Source of the DNA: a virus
Virus record (IMG/VR): IMGVR_UViG_3300046727_000269
Strand: one strand, 5' to 3'
DNA length: 60,630 nt
The notes below the pieces were generated by a model. That model was not told where the DNA came from, ran no database searches, and saw only the letters and a list, made by a program, of their open reading frames with translations. Numbering within the stretch: position 1 is the stretch's first letter; every line of letters starts with the position of its first letter. Positions 57,769-60,630 of the stretch are shown here, one piece after another. The translations under genes and the position numbers were made by a program.

Positions 57769-58257
57769 TCATGCCCTACCATTCACCTTGTTCCAGACTC
57801 TCAGAGCTTCATTAATGTGTTGCCAAGTTGCCAAGAGTTCAGCTTGTATTTTGCGCTCAACTCGTACTTTCCTTTTCTTCGGGGGTGTAATTTTAGTGCG
57901 CTGGACTCGATACACGCCGTAGATTCTTTGACCACTTGAGATTCTTTGGCTGCGTAAAACATGTTGGCGATTACTGACTGGTTTGAGTCTTTTGATGAGT
58001 CGGATCTCAAGCTGTTCCCTCTCTTCAATCTCACGGTATTTGAAGGTTAGTTGGCTTGCCTCCGCTAGAACTCCCAAAGCACGTTTTAGATGGCCATTCA
58101 GCCTCTTTCGTAGGTTCTTGGATTCCCCAACGTATCTCAGTAACCCATCGAGGTATATGACGTAAACGCCCGAAGATTGTGGGACTGTGTTGATGCCGTC
58201 GATGGTTGCAGATTTCCAGCGCGACAAAGTTTTCACAGGAAAAGAAACGGTTGGCAC
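57769..58257 (-). CDS. GIY-YIG nuclease (homing-endonuclease type)
   Basis: SGVYVIYLDGLLRYVGESKNLRKRLNGHLKR; A/T-richer than its surroundings; overlaps the end of the exonuclease gene by 25 nt. Confidence 0.75.
   Translation of the reverse strand: MPTVSFPVKTLSRWKSATIDGINTVPQSSGVYVIYLDGLLRYVGESKNLRKRLNGHLKRALGVLAEASQLTFKYREIEEREQLEIRLIKRLKPVSNRQHVLRSQRISSGQRIYGVYRVQRTKITPPKKRKVRVERKIQAELLATWQHINEALRVWNKVNGRA
58231..58243 (+). promoter_or_regulatory. Motif variant TTTCACAGGAAAA (one mismatch, plus sense)
   Basis: Inside the first codons of the GIY-YIG gene; weak. Confidence 0.25.
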
Positions 58258-59747
58258 TTCTCAAGGTACAGGTGCAGACGGAGGGTTGAGTCGGCATCTC
58301 TCACGGCATAGTGTACGAGTTCCTTCTCAGGTACGTGAGCGACACTCGCTACCGGCCACTCTCCAACGTAATCCACCGCGTACCCTCGGTCCCATTCATG
58401 CCACGCTCTCACCCGCTTCCACGGATCGACAAAGGGGTAGTCGTCTTCATCGTCCATGTCGAGTTCTTCCGCGACTTGGTGATTTTCAATTGCCGTGATG
58501 AGGTTGACGGTTTTGCGATGCAGGAGAGAGTGCCGTTTCTCTTCCTCAGTCAGTGGGGACCGCTTGTTGTGTTTGTGCCTCTTACATAAACACAAAGTAC
58601 ACGGTCCTGTGCGTCGTTTAGTTTTGCCCCTTCCTTCATGTACCGCCGTCGCGTGACCGCAGATACATGTGAGTACTTTGCTCCCCGGCTCAAACGTCGC
58701 CTTCACTCTTTTCAGCCACTCCACCATCCTCGGGATCGAGTGGGGGTATACCGTATCCCTGAAGCTCGTCATGCTCATGTGAAGATATCGGTACGCCAAC
58801 ATCTTCAACGAGAGAGAGCCTCGTGCCCCACGCCCAGCCTCGTCGTCATCACCGCCCCCACCTAGACACAGGTTGTACGCGTGGACCATCGTATCAGTGA
58901 AGGTACCGATGGTGAGGTCCAGTGCATCGAACACTGTAACGTCGTGGAGGTAGTTGTGGAACGCCAGTTCAGCAGAAGTTACTTTCAACCATCGGCGGAG
59001 GTACGCCAACGTGTGCTCATCCTTCACATAGATCAGTCTGCCCGTCCCAGGAGTGTGGGATACCGTGACGCAGTAGGGGGATTTGTCAGGGAGGGATTCC
59101 GTGTCACAGGCGAGAAGTAACACCGCGTTCATGTCATCCAAATACTCGTCCAACTCGTTTGGCCCACGGCATACCCTGTAGTCCGGCTCCGGGTACGGGT
59201 CACTCGGCCACGTGAATGTCCCCCGGTCCAACTCCGCCAGCATCTTCCTTAGCCCGTCGAAGTCGTTCAACAACGGGATCATGTAGGCGGCTTGGCGCAT
59301 CCCAGCGGTAATGTGGTGAGTCGGATAAACGATCCCCGACCAAGACCCCCATTTAGCCTGCCGTGGAATCCCGTGGTCGGTCGTTACGTTAATCCCAAAC
59401 AGGCTACAGCTTACGGCACCGGACAGGACCAGGACCTGTGGCTTGACCTGCTCCAGCATCGGCCCGAGGTGGATCGAGGCACAGGACATGGCTTGTTCAG
59501 GAGTAGGGTTGGCGTAGTCCGGTTCACTGCACCACCGGGCGTTGGCAAGGAAGATTTCGGACCTCGGGATGTTCAAGAGGGTGAGGTATAGGCCCTCTAG
59601 TTCCTGTCCCGTGGGTCCGCACAGGGGTCGCCCATAGGCATCTTCTTTGTGGTGGGGAGCCTCAGCAAGTAAGGCCACCCGGCATGGGATGGGGCCTTCG
59701 GGGAGGACGGGGGGACGGTATTTAGGACAGAGGGAGCACCGCGTCAT
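58233..59747 (-). CDS. Family-4 uracil-DNA glycosylase fused to the 3'-5' exonuclease domain of family-A polymerase
   Basis: UDG4: CSLCPK..., LLAEAPHHKEDAYGRPLCGPTGQEL, IVYPTHHI; exonuclease: LLLACDTESL (Exo I), HNYLHDVTVF (Exo II), YAVRDADSTL (Exo III); Zn insert CICGHATAVHEG...GPCTLCLCKRH. Confidence 0.85.
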   Translation of the reverse strand: MTRCSLCPKYRPPVLPEGPIPCRVALLAEAPHHKEDAYGRPLCGPTGQELEGLYLTLLNIPRSEIFLANARWCSEPDYANPTPEQAMSCASIHLGPMLEQVKPQVLVLSGAVSCSLFGINVTTDHGIPRQAKWGSWSGIVYPTHHITAGMRQAAYMIPLLNDFDGLRKMLAELDRGTFTWPSDPYPEPDYRVCRGPNELDEYLDDMNAVLLLACDTESLPDKSPYCVTVSHTPGTGRLIYVKDEHTLAYLRRWLKVTSAELAFHNYLHDVTVFDALDLTIGTFTDTMVHAYNLCLGGGGDDDEAGRGARGSLSLKMLAYRYLHMSMTSFRDTVYPHSIPRMVEWLKRVKATFEPGSKVLTCICGHATAVHEGRGKTKRRTGPCTLCLCKRHKHNKRSPLTEEEKRHSLLHRKTVNLITAIENHQVAEELDMDDEDDYPFVDPWKRVRAWHEWDRGYAVDYVGEWPVASVAHVPEKELVHYAVRDADSTLRLHLYLEKCQPFLFL

Positions 59748-60088
59748 TGCCTAAACACAAACACTGGTTTGCCCCTCAACGTCATTTGGGCGATCATGTG
59801 ACGGGTGCCGTTGCTCTGCCCATCCCACAAGGCAATCAGGGCGTCGGCGTAATCCGCCATCTGCACATTCCGTGCAAACCCGGCAGACTTCCCGAGATTG
59901 TTCCAGTCGGCGGGGAAGCGGCGGATTGGTTTGTTGTTTTCAAATGCCCAAATTTCTCCCAACCTATCAATACCCCGTGCCGTACCCGAGACTACTTCAG
60001 AGACTTTTAAGCCGGATTCTTTAACGGCACGACAGATGAGGCCAGGGTGAGCGAGGATGTTGCGGGAACCGGCGATGATGACTTTCAC
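59744..60088 (-). CDS. SLOG-superfamily protein (DUF2493/YspA-like)
   Basis: MKVIIAGSRN...VVSGTARGIDRLGEIWA...FPADWNNLGKSAGFARNVQMADYADALIALWDGQSNGTRHMI. Confidence 0.75.
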   Translation of the reverse strand: MKVIIAGSRNILAHPGLICRAVKESGLKVSEVVSGTARGIDRLGEIWAFENNKPIRRFPADWNNLGKSAGFARNVQMADYADALIALWDGQSNGTRHMIAQMTLRGKPVFVFRQ

Positions 60089-60528
60089 GTGCGTAGGCTC
60101 CTGTCATACTCTTTTCTCTTCTCCACATCCCCCACCACTTCATACGCGGAATTGATCCGTTGCATCTTAATACTGTTCCCCGTCTTGGGCACATCGGGGT
60201 GGTAGATGCGACTGAGTGCCCGGTACGCCGCCTGGATCACTTCTTGCCTCGCGTCCTTGGATACCCCTAAGACATCGTAGTGGTGGGGCCAGACGCGGGG
60301 TACCGGCACAGGGTCCCGGCCCGTCCTGGGACGTTTCCCGGCCTTTCCCTCGGCCTTTGGTGGGGGAGGGGGAACCTGCCCCTGTGCCCCCTGTTGCCTC
60401 AGTAACACCTCTTGGAGGTCGTAGGTAGCGTCCTCGACGAAATCCAGGACCGTATCCCGCAACCCACTAAAGAACTGTTCGAGCGGGGACGGGGGAGGGT
60501 GGCGGGGGCGGGAGCGTTTGCGGGGCAC
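60085..60528 (-). CDS. J-domain (DnaJ-like) protein
   Basis: HYDVLGVSKDARQEVIQAAYRALSRIYHPDV with the HPD tripeptide; GTG start lies inside the terminal 127-nt overlap. Confidence 0.8.
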   Translation of the reverse strand: MPRKRSRPRHPPPSPLEQFFSGLRDTVLDFVEDATYDLQEVLLRQQGAQGQVPPPPPKAEGKAGKRPRTGRDPVPVPRVWPHHYDVLGVSKDARQEVIQAAYRALSRIYHPDVPKTGNSIKMQRINSAYEVVGDVEKRKEYDRSLRT

Positions 60529-60630
60529 GGTGACCTACCTCTTTTTGTTGCCTTTTCGTTTTCTGCGTACGTTGCCCACAGACTTCATCGGCAACTCTTC
60601 CCCTTCATACACCAAAACTTTAGGAAGTGA
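60504..60630. repeat. Terminal overlap copy 2 (identical to 1-127)
   Basis: Base-for-base identity with nt 1-127; contains a truncated second copy of the 3' part of ORF 32..229. Confidence 0.9.

Overview
The window is a complete, self-closing virus (phage) genome. Its first and last 127 nt are identical, giving a 60,503-bp unit. It carries about 115 densely packed genes, all but four on the minus strand, very often joined by ATGA/GTGA/TAATG stop-start overlaps. Modules recognised by eye: (i) Replication, recombination and early genes run from 46.8 to 60.5 kb and continue through the junction to 8.9 kb. A family-A DNA polymerase is split into a UDG4 + 3'-5' exonuclease gene and a polymerase gene by a 2.8-kb cassette (GIY-YIG nuclease, HTH protein, macro domain). 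The module also holds UvrD-like and XPD/DinG-like helicases, a ParB-like protein, an HNH nuclease, an ERCC4/XPF-like nuclease, an AAA_24/Sak4-like ATPase, a PD-(D/E)XK exonuclease, and J-domain, GroES-like and SLOG proteins. (ii) A switch/accessory region (8.9-13.5 kb) holds a plus-strand XRE-type HTH, a sigma-70 region-4-like HTH, a small serine recombinase and a RelE/ParE toxin-antitoxin pair. (iii) Lysis genes lie at 13.5-15.3 kb (amidase_2 endolysin). (iv) A 7.4-kb sugar-modification island has four GT2 and one GT9-like glycosyltransferases, three SAM-methyltransferase domains, an RmlD-like reductase and a cupin. It is followed by three signal-peptide proteins and a 708-aa fibre-like protein. 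(v) A putative virion module (31-44.6 kb) has jelly-roll-like repeat proteins, an Arg/Lys-rich NP-repeat protein and an unbroken run of about 14 small membrane proteins. I could not recognise a terminase, portal, HK97-type capsid, tape measure, tail genes, tRNA, rRNA or CRISPR array. The strongest sequence-level signal is a 13-nt motif, TTTCACAGGGAAA. It occurs 12 times exactly plus 4 one-mismatch variants, nearly always in gene sense and just upstream of start codons. Two HNH-like genes on the plus strand are each flanked by a duplicated, synonymously diverged 3' end of the gene they interrupt. All functional calls are by-eye motif recognition, not database searches.
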